From Pseudodesulfovibrio mercurii (GTDB lineage: Bacteria; Desulfobacterota; Desulfovibrionia; Desulfovibrionales; Desulfovibrionaceae), in NCBI RefSeq assembly GCF_000189295.2, contig NC_016803.1, positions 120,001-152,000 on the forward strand: 32,000 bases of DNA, read 5' to 3'. Below the pieces are notes generated by a model, which ran no database searches, was not told the origin of the DNA, and worked only from the letters and a program-made list of their open reading frames with translations. The translations under genes were made by a program, and so were the position numbers. Shown here piece by piece: positions 1 through 8,178 of the stretch (its first letter is position 1; every line of letters starts with the position of its first letter).

Positions 1-191
1 ATGGCCTCGTGGGGCTTGCCCGAGCGGATGCCCTCGATCAGTTCGAAGGTCTCCTCGGCCAGGTAGTCGCACAGGGTCAGGGGGGTCTGTTCCTTGTCCC
101 AGGGGCAGCCGTCGGGCGCGATCAGGGCGTCGATGACCCCGAGCAGTTCGCGCAGGGCCTGGGCAGGGGCGTCGTGTTTCGTTTCGCTCAT
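1..191 (-). CDS. mazG: Nucleoside triphosphate pyrophosphohydrolase MazG, N-terminal part (gene continues beyond the left edge)
   Basis: Not in the ORF track because it is open at the window edge. The reverse complement starts with ATG (191-189) and reads MSETKHDAPAQALRELLGVIDALIAPDGCPWDKEQTPLTLCDYLAEETFELIEGIRSGKPHEA. GCPWDxEQT followed by an EE-x-x-E helix is the MazG signature. AAGGAG (complement of 199-204) lies 7 nt upstream of the ATG. Confidence 0.7.
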   Translation of the reverse strand, partial: MSETKHDAPAQALRELLGVIDALIAPDGCPWDKEQTPLTLCDYLAEETFELIEGIRSGKPHEA

Positions 192-238
192 GGCGAATCT
201 CCTTGAAGAGGCGGAAAGCGGGTTGATTGAAGTGGGGG

Positions 239-760
239 CTACTCGGCCTTGTCGCCGCCCGGTATGCCCAGCGCGCTCTTGGCCGAGTCCAGGGCCTCGG
301 GCAGATCGACGTATTCGCCCAGCTTGCCGACCAGGTGCTGGGCCTTGGGCGCGATGTACGATTCGGTCAGGATGTCGGAGCGGGGCGCGAAGGTCTGCAG
401 GAACATGAGCCCGACCAGGCAGATGAGCACGCCCTCGAGCAGGCCGAAGATTCCGCCGAGGGTGCGGTCGATCCAGCCGAGCAGGGATATCTCCAGCACG
501 CTGCGGATCAGTTTGGTCAGCAGCCAGACCAGCACCAGGGTGCCGATGAAGATGAGCGAGTAGGACAGCGCGCTGACCGTGATGTCGCTCTCGATGTACA
601 GCTTGAGGTGCGGGGCCAGGACGTCGTCGAACCGGGAGGCCAGGAATATGGCCAGGACCACGGCGATGAGCGACAGGACCTCTTGCACCAGGCCGCGGAA
701 GAAACCGCGCAGGAGGAAGAGGGCGACGATGCAGATGAGAACGATATCCAGAAAATTCAT
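239..760 (-). CDS. cvpA: CvpA-family (colicin V production) integral membrane protein
   Basis: ORF 239..799 (-). MNFLDIVLICIVALFLLRGFFRGLVQEVLSL resembles the E. coli CvpA N-terminus (..RGFVREALSL..). About four hydrophobic segments. The start is uncertain: ATG at 760 is preferred, and GTG at 799 is the longest ORF. Confidence 0.7.
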   Translation of the reverse strand: MNFLDIVLICIVALFLLRGFFRGLVQEVLSLIAVVLAIFLASRFDDVLAPHLKLYIESDITVSALSYSLIFIGTLVLVWLLTKLIRSVLEISLLGWIDRTLGGIFGLLEGVLICLVGLMFLQTFAPRSDILTESYIAPKAQHLVGKLGEYVDLPEALDSAKSALGIPGGDKAE

Positions 761-843
761 GTAAATGCACCCATGGTCGGCTGAAGTGAACTTCCTCACA
801 GAGCCCTAGCAAACTGCGACCGAAATGTGAACCGCATTCAGGG

Positions 844-849
844 TATAAT
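844..849 (+). promoter_or_regulatory. Perfect TATAAT hexamer, candidate -10 box for rfbC-manC
   Basis: TATAAT at 844-849 lies in the cvpA/rfbC divergent intergenic region, about 100 nt upstream of the rfbC ATG. There is no good -35 hexamer at 17-nt spacing (cgaaat). Confidence 0.3.
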
Positions 850-949
850 TTTGTAATGGGCCGAGGCCGGAAAAGTGGATCGGGGTTGTGTCCCTTGCTG
901 AACTCGGCTACAGGAATTCCAGTCGCCCACCTTTTGCAAGGAGTCGTGC

Positions 950-1519
950 ATGCAGGTTCACGAGACGGAGTTTCCCGGGCTCCTCGTCCTGGTCCCCCAG
1001 GTCTTCCAGGACGAGCGGGGCTTTTTTCTGGAAAGCTACAATGCCAATCATTTCCGGGAACTCGGCATAACCTGCACGTTCATCCAGGACAATCACGCCT
1101 ATTCCAGGGACGTGGGCGTGCTGCGCGGCTTCCACTTCCAGAGGCCGCCCCAGGCCCAGGCCAAGCTCGTCTGGGTGACGCGCGGCGCGGTCCTGGACGT
1201 GGTCGTGGACCTGCGCATCGGGTCGCCCACCTACGGCCGGTGGCAGCACGTCATCCTGAGCGCCGCCAACTTCAAGCGCATGTTCATCCCCAGGGGATTC
1301 GGCCACGCCTACGTGACCATCATGCCGGACACCGAGTTCCAGTACAAGGTGGACGCGCCCTATGCGCCCGCCCTGGAGGGCGGCCTGGCCTGGGACGACC
1401 CGGACATCGGCATGGACTGGGACGCGGCCCTGCATGGGCAAGAGCCCATTCTCTCCGAAAAGGACCGGCGGCTGTCCGGACTGGCCGGGTTCGAATCACC
1501 TTTCACCTTCGAGGGTTGA
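950..1519 (+). CDS. rfbC: dTDP-4-dehydrorhamnose 3,5-epimerase
   Basis: 189-aa ORF. It shows VFQDERGFFLESYN, RGFHFQ, KLVWVTRGAVLDVVVDLR and FIPRGFGHAY, which are typical RmlC cupin motifs. AAGGAG lies 8 nt upstream of the ATG. Confidence 0.9.
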   Translation: MQVHETEFPGLLVLVPQVFQDERGFFLESYNANHFRELGITCTFIQDNHAYSRDVGVLRGFHFQRPPQAQAKLVWVTRGAVLDVVVDLRIGSPTYGRWQHVILSAANFKRMFIPRGFGHAYVTIMPDTEFQYKVDAPYAPALEGGLAWDDPDIGMDWDAALHGQEPILSEKDRRLSGLAGFESPFTFEG

Positions 1520-1523
1520 GCGC

Positions 1524-2954
1524 ATGACCCGGACCGAACCGGTCGCCACGCGGTTTGCCGAGGACTGCCACGCCATCATCCTGGCGGGCGGGTCCGGCAC
1601 GAGGCTGTGGCCGCTCTCCCGGACCCTGCTGCCCAAGCAGCTCCTGGTCCTGGGCGGCGCGTCCACCCTGTTGCAGCAGACCGTGGCCCGCGTGCTCGAA
1701 ATCTTTCCGCCCGACCACGTCTGGGTGGTGACCAACGAGGAGCACGTCTTCGAGGTGCGCAAGCAGGTGGCGGTCCTGGACCCGGCCCTGAAGGGGCAGA
1801 TCCTGGCCGAACCCTTGAGCCGCAACACCCTTCCGGCCATCATGCTCGGCCTGGACAAGGTGGTAGAGGCCGACCCCAAGGCCCTGGCCGCGGTCTTTCC
1901 GTCCGACCACCTCATCCGCAACGGCGCGGCCTGGGCCGCGGACCTGGTGCGCGCCTCGGAACTGGCCGCGCAAAAACGGTTCGTGACCTTCGGCGTGCGG
2001 CCGGACAAACCCGAGACCGGCTACGGCTACATCGCCCTGGGCGACGACCTCGGGGGCAACGCCTACTCCGTGAAGGGGTTCGTGGAGAAGCCGGACTTCC
2101 TGACCGCCGACCGCTTCCTGCGCGAGGGCACCCACCTGTGGAACAGCGGCATGTTCCTGTTCTCGGCCAAGCATTTTCTGACCCAGGTGGCCCGCTGCGA
2201 GCCGGTCCTGTGGGACTGGTGGATGGCCCGGGACGAGACCCCGCTGGTCCGGGGGTACCGGGACATCCCCGATATCTCGGTGGACTACGGCGTGGTCGAG
2301 AAGATCGACAACATCACCGTGGTCCGGGCCGGGTTCGAGTGGGACGACCTGGGCAGCTGGGAGGCCATGTACCGGCTGGGCGACAAGGACGCGGACGGCA
2401 ACGTGATCCGGGGCGACGTGCTGGCCCTGAACTGCACGGGCTGCCTGCTCATCAGCGAGGGCGGCAAGCTGGCCGTGTCTGGGCTCCGGGACACGATCAT
2501 GGTCCAGACCCGCGACGCCACCCTGGCCTGTCCCATGGACCGCGTGCAGACCGTGCGCGACGTGGTCGCCGCCCTCAAGGCCGAGGGCAGCCGCCTGGTG
2601 GAGAGCCACGTCACGGTCTATCGGCCGTGGGGCAATTACACGGTGCTCGAGGAGGGGCCCCAGTACAAGATCAAGCGCATTCAGGTCAGCCCGGGCGCGC
2701 GTCTGAGTTCGCAGATGCATCACCACCGCAGCGAGCACTGGGTGGTGGTGGACGGCACGGCCGAGGTGGAGGTGAACAACGAGCCGCGCATCCTGGTGGA
2801 GAACCAGTCCGTGGACATCCCCAAGGCCTCGCAGCACCGGCTGGCCAATCCCGGCAAGGTCCCGCTGGACATCATCGAGATCCAGAGCGGGCCGTATCTG
2901 GAAGAGGACGACATCGTCCGCTTCGACGACGTCTACGGTCGGGTGCAGAAATAG
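1524..2954 (+). CDS. manC: Bifunctional mannose-1-phosphate guanylyltransferase / mannose-6-phosphate isomerase (type II PMI-GMP)
   Basis: Inside ORF 1362..2954. The start is set at the ATG at 1524 (MTRTEPVATRF..), 4 nt after the rfbC stop. N-terminal nucleotidyltransferase motif ILAGGSGTRLWPLSR. C-terminal cupin region HHHRSEHWVVVDGTAEVEV. Confidence 0.9.
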   Translation: MTRTEPVATRFAEDCHAIILAGGSGTRLWPLSRTLLPKQLLVLGGASTLLQQTVARVLEIFPPDHVWVVTNEEHVFEVRKQVAVLDPALKGQILAEPLSRNTLPAIMLGLDKVVEADPKALAAVFPSDHLIRNGAAWAADLVRASELAAQKRFVTFGVRPDKPETGYGYIALGDDLGGNAYSVKGFVEKPDFLTADRFLREGTHLWNSGMFLFSAKHFLTQVARCEPVLWDWWMARDETPLVRGYRDIPDISVDYGVVEKIDNITVVRAGFEWDDLGSWEAMYRLGDKDADGNVIRGDVLALNCTGCLLISEGGKLAVSGLRDTIMVQTRDATLACPMDRVQTVRDVVAALKAEGSRLVESHVTVYRPWGNYTVLEEGPQYKIKRIQVSPGARLSSQMHHHRSEHWVVVDGTAEVEVNNEPRILVENQSVDIPKASQHRLANPGKVPLDIIEIQSGPYLEEDDIVRFDDVYGRVQK

Positions 2955-3016
2955 ATTTCCAACCGTTATTGGAGGATTAACGATTGAAATGTCAGTGATT
3001 TTACCGGTTCCAGAGT

Positions 3017-3068
3017 TCGTGAAAATTTTCATATTCTCTTGACACGAAAACGATTGGTACCGTATGGG
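3017..3068 (+). promoter_or_regulatory. Candidate sigma-70 promoter of qrcABCD, with an abutting palindrome
   Basis: TTGACA (3039-3044), an 18-nt spacer, then TATGGG (3063-3068). The perfect 12-bp palindrome TGAAAATTTTCA (3020-3031) lies just upstream of the -35. The region is visibly AT-rich compared with the flanking genes. Confidence 0.35.
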
Positions 3069-3124
3069 AACGTAGTTTAATTGGTGTGATTTTCACATTA
3101 ACTTTAGAGTGATGGGGCGAGGTT

Positions 3125-3874
3125 ATGGAGGAAAGAAAAGCATCAAAACGGTGTGGAGGGGTGCTCCCCTTTATCATCGGCTTCCTGGCTTTCTGCGTCT
3201 TGGGGTGGGCCGTGATCCCCGGTCTGTTCTTCGAAAAGGAGGAACAGCCCGTGTGGTTCAGCCACGCCGTGCACGTGGACGGTCAGGGAATGGATTGCGA
3301 AAGCTGTCACTATTTCCGGGATGACGGCACCTATGCCGGTTTCCCGACCAACGAAGTCTGCGCCGAGTGTCACGCGGTCGATCCCGAGGAGGCCCGCGAG
3401 GCCATTGCGGAAGAGGGCATCGACCTGAACGACTACGCGGCCATCGTGAAGGCCGAGATCGGCGCCATCGAGGACAACCTGGCTTCCTCGGACGACGACA
3501 AGAAGCAGGCCGAACGCGAGTACGTGGTCAAGTACCTGATTCAGGGCAAGGAAGTGCCCTGGCTCAACTATCAGTACCAGCCGGACAACGTCTACTTCTC
3601 GCACGCCTCGCACAAGAGCCTGTCCATTGAGGAACTGGCGAGCCTGAAGAAGGAGCTGTCCGACGTGGTCGATCCCTCGGTCTTCGAGGGCGAGGCCCCC
3701 GAGCAGAACTGCAATCTCTGCCACCTGAAGGATATCCAGACGAACGACGTGCCGCCGGCCTTCGAGCGCAATATCCTGTCGGGGTACAGCAAGACGACCA
3801 TGAAGATGTGGAAGTGCGAACGGTGCCATGCCCTCAAGGGCCAGCCCAACGCCTGCTACACCTGTCACAAGTAA
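3125..3874 (+). CDS. qrcA: Membrane-anchored multiheme cytochrome c, QrcA-type
   Basis: 249-aa ORF with an N-terminal hydrophobic anchor (VLPFIIGFLAFCVLGWAVIPGLFF). Five CXXCH motifs: CESCH, CAECH, CNLCH, CERCH, CYTCH. It is the first gene of a four-gene set: cytochrome c, Mo-oxidoreductase-like, 4-cluster FeS and NrfD-like. That set is the Qrc architecture. Confidence 0.8.
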   Translation: MEERKASKRCGGVLPFIIGFLAFCVLGWAVIPGLFFEKEEQPVWFSHAVHVDGQGMDCESCHYFRDDGTYAGFPTNEVCAECHAVDPEEAREAIAEEGIDLNDYAAIVKAEIGAIEDNLASSDDDKKQAEREYVVKYLIQGKEVPWLNYQYQPDNVYFSHASHKSLSIEELASLKKELSDVVDPSVFEGEAPEQNCNLCHLKDIQTNDVPPAFERNILSGYSKTTMKMWKCERCHALKGQPNACYTCHK

Positions 3875-3887
3875 AGGGGTACTGAGA

Positions 3888-5834
3888 ATGAGCGTAGCAC
3901 GCAGAACTTTTATTCAGTTGGGTGCGGGCGCCACCGTCGGTATTCTTTTTACTCCGACGGTCTGGAAAGCCCTTGACGATGTCTCCATCTGGACCCAGAA
4001 CTGGCCCTGGATTCCCAAGTTGAAATACGGGGCTCTGGAAGCCAAGCCCACCGTGTCCAAGATGTGCGAGTCCGGCTGTGCCGTGAAGGTCCGCACCGTG
4101 GCCGGTGAGGCCTTCGGCACCATGGGCAACGAGGACAACCCGATCTCCGGCGGCGGTATCTGCCCCCTGTGCGCCAACGGCGTCCAGGTCAAGAACAGCC
4201 CCAACCGGATCAAGGCCCCCATGCTCGACGGCCAGGAGATCACCTGGGAGAAAGCCCAGGAAGTCGTGGCCGAAAAGCTGGCCGCCGCCGGTTCCAAGGT
4301 CGCGGTCATCTCCGGCGATCAGACCGGCACGGTCAACGAGGTCTTCTCCGCCCTGCTCAACGACAAGGGCAGCGACGCCTTCTACGTCATGCCCTGCGAC
4401 ATGCAGGCGGCCGACAAGGCCTGGACCGGCCTGATGGGCGGTTCCGGTCAGATCGGCTACGACCTGGAAGGGGCCGACCTGGTCCTCCTGGCCGGGGCCG
4501 ACGCCCTGGAGTCCTGGGGACCGACCGTGGCCAACCTGAAGGCGTTTGCCGCCAACGAGTCCGGCAAGTTCATCTTCGCCGGTCCCATGCAGACCAAGAC
4601 CGCTTCCGTGACCGCCAAATGGGTCCCGGTTCCGGCCGAGGGCATGGCCGCCTTCACCCTGGGCATCGCCTACTACGTCCTTCAGGCCGGAAAGACCGTG
4701 GACGCCGCCGACTTCGGCCAGTTCAAGGCCATGGTCATGAGCGACTACAGCCCGGCCAAGGTCGAGGCCGCCACCGGCGTCAAGGCCGACCAGCTGGCCT
4801 CCCTGGCCAAGCAGCTGCTGACCGCCGCCAATCCGGTGGTCGTCCCGGCGGGCCCCGTGGCCGCCCACGGCGCCGCCTTCGCCCTGAACCTGCTGCTCGG
4901 TGGGGCCATGAAGGTCCTGCCCGAGTTCGCCAAGGCCATCCCCTCCGCCATGAGCCGCTCCGAGATGCTCAAGGCGGACATCCTGGAAGGCGTGGACGCC
5001 GACCTGCTGTTCGTCTATGAGGCCAACCCGGCCTACGCCCTGCCCGAAAAGGTCAAGGCCGCCTTTACCGTGGCCTTCGACATGGTCCAGACCGAGACCA
5101 CGGCCACGGCCAACCTGGTCCTGCCCAGCCTGCACCCCTACGAGCGGTTCGACGACCTGGTCAGCCCCTACGGGCTGTCCGCCGCCGTCTACTCCCTGGG
5201 CGCGCCGGTCTCCAAGCCGTCCGTGAACGCGGCCTGTGCCGCGACCTTCATCCTGGGCCTGGCCGACCTCGGTTTCGAGTCCTTCGAGGAAGTGCTCGGC
5301 GCCAAGGTCGAGGCCATCGGCGCGGACATGGACGCGTTGCAGGGCGGCGAGGCCTTCGTGGTCAAGGGCGAAGCCCCCATGGCCGTCTCCCTGGCCGCCA
5401 ACGTTCTGGGCAAGGCCGCGGTTCCCGTCAAGGGCACCGGCGCAGTGGGACTCGCTCCCTACACCCTGCTCAACGTCGGCACCGCCAACCGGGCCACCAC
5501 GCCCAACGCGCCGTGCACCATCAGCAACAACCAGTTGCTCGGCGACAACATGGTCGTCATGATGGGTTCGGCCACGGCCAAGCAGCTCGGCGTGACCGTC
5601 GGCTCCAAGGTCAAGCTCTCCGGTGGGAAGGGCGAATGCGAAGCCCTGGTGCAGATCTTCGAAGGCGTCATGCCCGGCGTCGTGGCCGCTCCCCTGGGGC
5701 TGGGCCACACCGTGGGCGACGAGTTCTCGAAGGGCAAGGGCGATAATGTCTACAAGATCCTCACGGTGAGCTCGGAGGCTGCCGCCGGCGCCTCCACATG
5801 GGCCGGTTCCACTGTGAACGTCGCCAAAATCTAG
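3888..5834 (+). CDS. qrcB: Molybdopterin-oxidoreductase-family subunit QrcB, with a Tat signal
   Basis: Inside ORF 3828..5834. The start is set at the ATG at 3888 (MSVARRTFIQLGAGATVG), which gives a twin-arginine signal. At 648 aa it is a large complex-iron-sulfur-molybdoenzyme-like subunit. Its position follows qrcA. Confidence 0.8.
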   Translation: MSVARRTFIQLGAGATVGILFTPTVWKALDDVSIWTQNWPWIPKLKYGALEAKPTVSKMCESGCAVKVRTVAGEAFGTMGNEDNPISGGGICPLCANGVQVKNSPNRIKAPMLDGQEITWEKAQEVVAEKLAAAGSKVAVISGDQTGTVNEVFSALLNDKGSDAFYVMPCDMQAADKAWTGLMGGSGQIGYDLEGADLVLLAGADALESWGPTVANLKAFAANESGKFIFAGPMQTKTASVTAKWVPVPAEGMAAFTLGIAYYVLQAGKTVDAADFGQFKAMVMSDYSPAKVEAATGVKADQLASLAKQLLTAANPVVVPAGPVAAHGAAFALNLLLGGAMKVLPEFAKAIPSAMSRSEMLKADILEGVDADLLFVYEANPAYALPEKVKAAFTVAFDMVQTETTATANLVLPSLHPYERFDDLVSPYGLSAAVYSLGAPVSKPSVNAACAATFILGLADLGFESFEEVLGAKVEAIGADMDALQGGEAFVVKGEAPMAVSLAANVLGKAAVPVKGTGAVGLAPYTLLNVGTANRATTPNAPCTISNNQLLGDNMVVMMGSATAKQLGVTVGSKVKLSGGKGECEALVQIFEGVMPGVVAAPLGLGHTVGDEFSKGKGDNVYKILTVSSEAAAGASTWAGSTVNVAKI

Positions 5835-5846
5835 GGGGAACCGTCA

Positions 5847-6659
5847 ATGCAAACGAAAGAATTCAAAATCAGATGGGGCATGGTCATCGATATTGACAAG
5901 TGCACCGGCTGCGGCGCCTGCATGGTCGGCTGCCAGGTGGAGAACAATATCGCTCCGATGACCAAAAGCGACCCCTATAACTATGTCCAGGCCCTGACCA
6001 AGCCGCGCGACGACGCGTCGAACAAGCTCAGGACCCTGACCTGGATGAACGTCTACGAGCTGTCCAACGGCAAGGCGTATCCGGAGCACGAGACCGCCTA
6101 CCTGCCGCGTCCCTGCATGCAGTGCGGCAGCCCGGCCTGCGTTCCGGTCTGCCCGGTCGTGGCCACGGACAAGAACGAGGAGGGCGGCATCGTCTCCCAG
6201 ATCTACCCCCGGTGCATCGGATGTAGATACTGCATGGCCGCCTGCCCATACCATGCCCGGTACTTCAACTGGTGGGATCCGCTCTGGCCCGAAGGCATGG
6301 ACAAGGGATTGTCCCCGGCCGTTTCGCCCCGCCCGCGCGGCGTGGTCGAGAAGTGCAACTTCTGCCACACCCGCTATCTGAAGGCCAAGGACAAGGCCCG
6401 TCTGGACGGCGAAGATCCGATGAACCTGCCCGAGGGCGCGTACATCACCGCCTGCGCCGAGATCTGTCCGACCAAGGCCATCACCTTCGGCGACCTGAAC
6501 AATCCGGAACACAAGGTGCACGAACTCATTCAGAGCCCCAATGCGTTCCGTCTGCTCGAAAAGCTGGGCCTGCACCCGCAGGTCTACTACATGTCCGAGC
6601 GTGAATGGGTCCGCAAGCAGGGCGACAACTACAACGCCGAAGCCGGCGGACACCACTAG
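5847..6659 (+). CDS. qrcC: Four-cluster iron-sulfur subunit QrcC
   Basis: 270 aa with four ferredoxin-type Cys groups: CTGCGACMVGC, CMQCGSPACVPVCP, CIGCRYCMAACP and CNFC...CAEICP. This is typical of the electron-transfer subunit of CISM / alternative-complex-III-like enzymes. Confidence 0.85.
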   Translation: MQTKEFKIRWGMVIDIDKCTGCGACMVGCQVENNIAPMTKSDPYNYVQALTKPRDDASNKLRTLTWMNVYELSNGKAYPEHETAYLPRPCMQCGSPACVPVCPVVATDKNEEGGIVSQIYPRCIGCRYCMAACPYHARYFNWWDPLWPEGMDKGLSPAVSPRPRGVVEKCNFCHTRYLKAKDKARLDGEDPMNLPEGAYITACAEICPTKAITFGDLNNPEHKVHELIQSPNAFRLLEKLGLHPQVYYMSEREWVRKQGDNYNAEAGGHH

Positions 6660-6671
6660 GAGGCTGAACAA

Positions 6672-7898
6672 ATGGATAGCAAACTCTTCCCGGAAGGGGT
6701 GCGGCGCTGCTCCTTCGGCCAGTTCCTGATCTGGACGGCCGTCATCCTGGCCTTCTTCCTGTGGGGCCTGTACGCCGCCGTGCTGGTCCTCTACAACGGC
6801 ATCGGCACCACCGGCCTCGACAACTACTTCGGGTTCGGTGCCTGGATCACCTTCGACCTGGCCGTGATCGCCCTGGGCGCCGGTGCGTTCTTCACCGGAC
6901 TGCTCAAGTACATCCTCAAGATCAAACAGCTTGAGAAGATCATCAACCTGACCGTGGTCGTGGGCTTCATCTGCTACTCCGGCGCCATGCTGGTCCTGAC
7001 GCTCGACATCGGGCAGCCCGGCCGCGCGTGGTTCGGCTACTGGCATCCGAACGTCCACTCCATGCTGACCGAAGTTATCTTCTGCATCACCTGCTACTGC
7101 ACCGTGCTGATCATCGAGTTCGTCCCGCTGGTCCTCGAACAGAAGCAGCTGAACAAGATTCCCTTCATCCACGCCCTGGCGCACAACATGCACGTGAACA
7201 TGGCGCTGTTCGCCGGTATCGGCGCGTTCCTGTCCACCTTCCACCAGGGCTCCCTGGGCGGCATGTACGGCGTCCTGATCGGTCGTCCCTTCGCCTTCCG
7301 CGAGGGCTTCTTCATCTGGCCGTGGACCTTCTTCCTGTTCGTCCTCTCCGCCGTTGGTTCGGGCCCGGTCTTCACCGTCCTGGTCTGCACCTTCATGGAG
7401 AAGCTGACCGGCAAGAAACTCGTGGACTTCAAGACCAAGGCCCTCATGGGCAAGATCGCCGGCACCATGCTGACCGTCTACATGTTCTTCAAGATCCTCG
7501 ACACCTGGGCGTGGGCCACCGGCTACCTGCCCTCCGTGGGCCTGACCTTCGACGAGATGTTCTACGGCCTGGTCTACGGCAAGTGGCTGCTCTACACCGA
7601 GATCGTCCTGTGCGGCGTGGTCCCGGCCATCATGCTGATCACCCCGTCCATCCGCAACCGTCCGGCCCTGCTGTACACCGCAGCGCTGCTGGACTGCTTC
7701 GGCGTGTCCCTGAACCGGTACATCTTCACCGTCCAGACCATCGCCTTCCCGGCCATGCCCTTCGATTCCTGGCAGGTCTACGCCCCCAACTGGGTGGAGT
7801 ACGCCTCCTCGATCATGATCGTGGCCTACGGTTTCCTGGTCTTGACCCTGGTGTACCGCTACCTGCCGCTGTTCCCGCAGGAACGCGAGCTGAACTAG
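6672..7898 (+). CDS. qrcD: NrfD/PsrC-family integral membrane quinone-interacting subunit QrcD
   Basis: 408-aa polytopic hydrophobic protein, roughly 10 predicted helices by eye. It is the last gene of the qrc set and is followed by a strong intrinsic terminator. Confidence 0.85.
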   Translation: MDSKLFPEGVRRCSFGQFLIWTAVILAFFLWGLYAAVLVLYNGIGTTGLDNYFGFGAWITFDLAVIALGAGAFFTGLLKYILKIKQLEKIINLTVVVGFICYSGAMLVLTLDIGQPGRAWFGYWHPNVHSMLTEVIFCITCYCTVLIIEFVPLVLEQKQLNKIPFIHALAHNMHVNMALFAGIGAFLSTFHQGSLGGMYGVLIGRPFAFREGFFIWPWTFFLFVLSAVGSGPVFTVLVCTFMEKLTGKKLVDFKTKALMGKIAGTMLTVYMFFKILDTWAWATGYLPSVGLTFDEMFYGLVYGKWLLYTEIVLCGVVPAIMLITPSIRNRPALLYTAALLDCFGVSLNRYIFTVQTIAFPAMPFDSWQVYAPNWVEYASSIMIVAYGFLVLTLVYRYLPLFPQERELN

Positions 7899-7924
7899 CG
7901 CACGCACACCCCATCACCAAACGG

Positions 7925-7955
7925 GAGACCGCTCTTCGGAGCGGTCTCTTTTTTT
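7925..7955 (+). terminator. Rho-independent terminator of qrcABCD
   Basis: GAGACCGCTC (7925-7934), loop TTCG, GAGCGGTCTC (7939-7948), then TTTTTTT (7949-7955). The 10-bp stem is perfect. Confidence 0.85.
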
Positions 7956-8178
7956 ACGGGATGGGGGGGCCATGGGGCGGCGTTCTCAGGGCGGAAAAAC
8001 GCGGGCCGGCGACGGGCTCCGCCACGGTACGGCCGGGAGATGGAGCGCGTCGCGAGGCCGGTGTCCGGCGTAATATACCCGGTTTGCCTGATGGCCCGAA
8101 AGGATGTATCCATGGTGGTGTGGATCGGCATGACCATGGGGCGGGTTGCGCCGCATCCGGCAATTCAGGGAGGAGAGC

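Noticed and set aside
1484-1497. GGGTTCGAATCAC, a tRNA T-arm-like string.
   Set aside because: It lies inside the rfbC coding frame (..AGFESP..). No acceptor or anticodon stems are around it, so it is a coincidence.
3085-3097. TGTGA-TTT-TCACA read as a CRP/FNR or Rex half-site pair.
   Set aside because: CRP and Rex sites need 6 nt between TGTGA and TCACA, and here there are 3. I keep it only as an unassigned palindrome in the qrc promoter finding.
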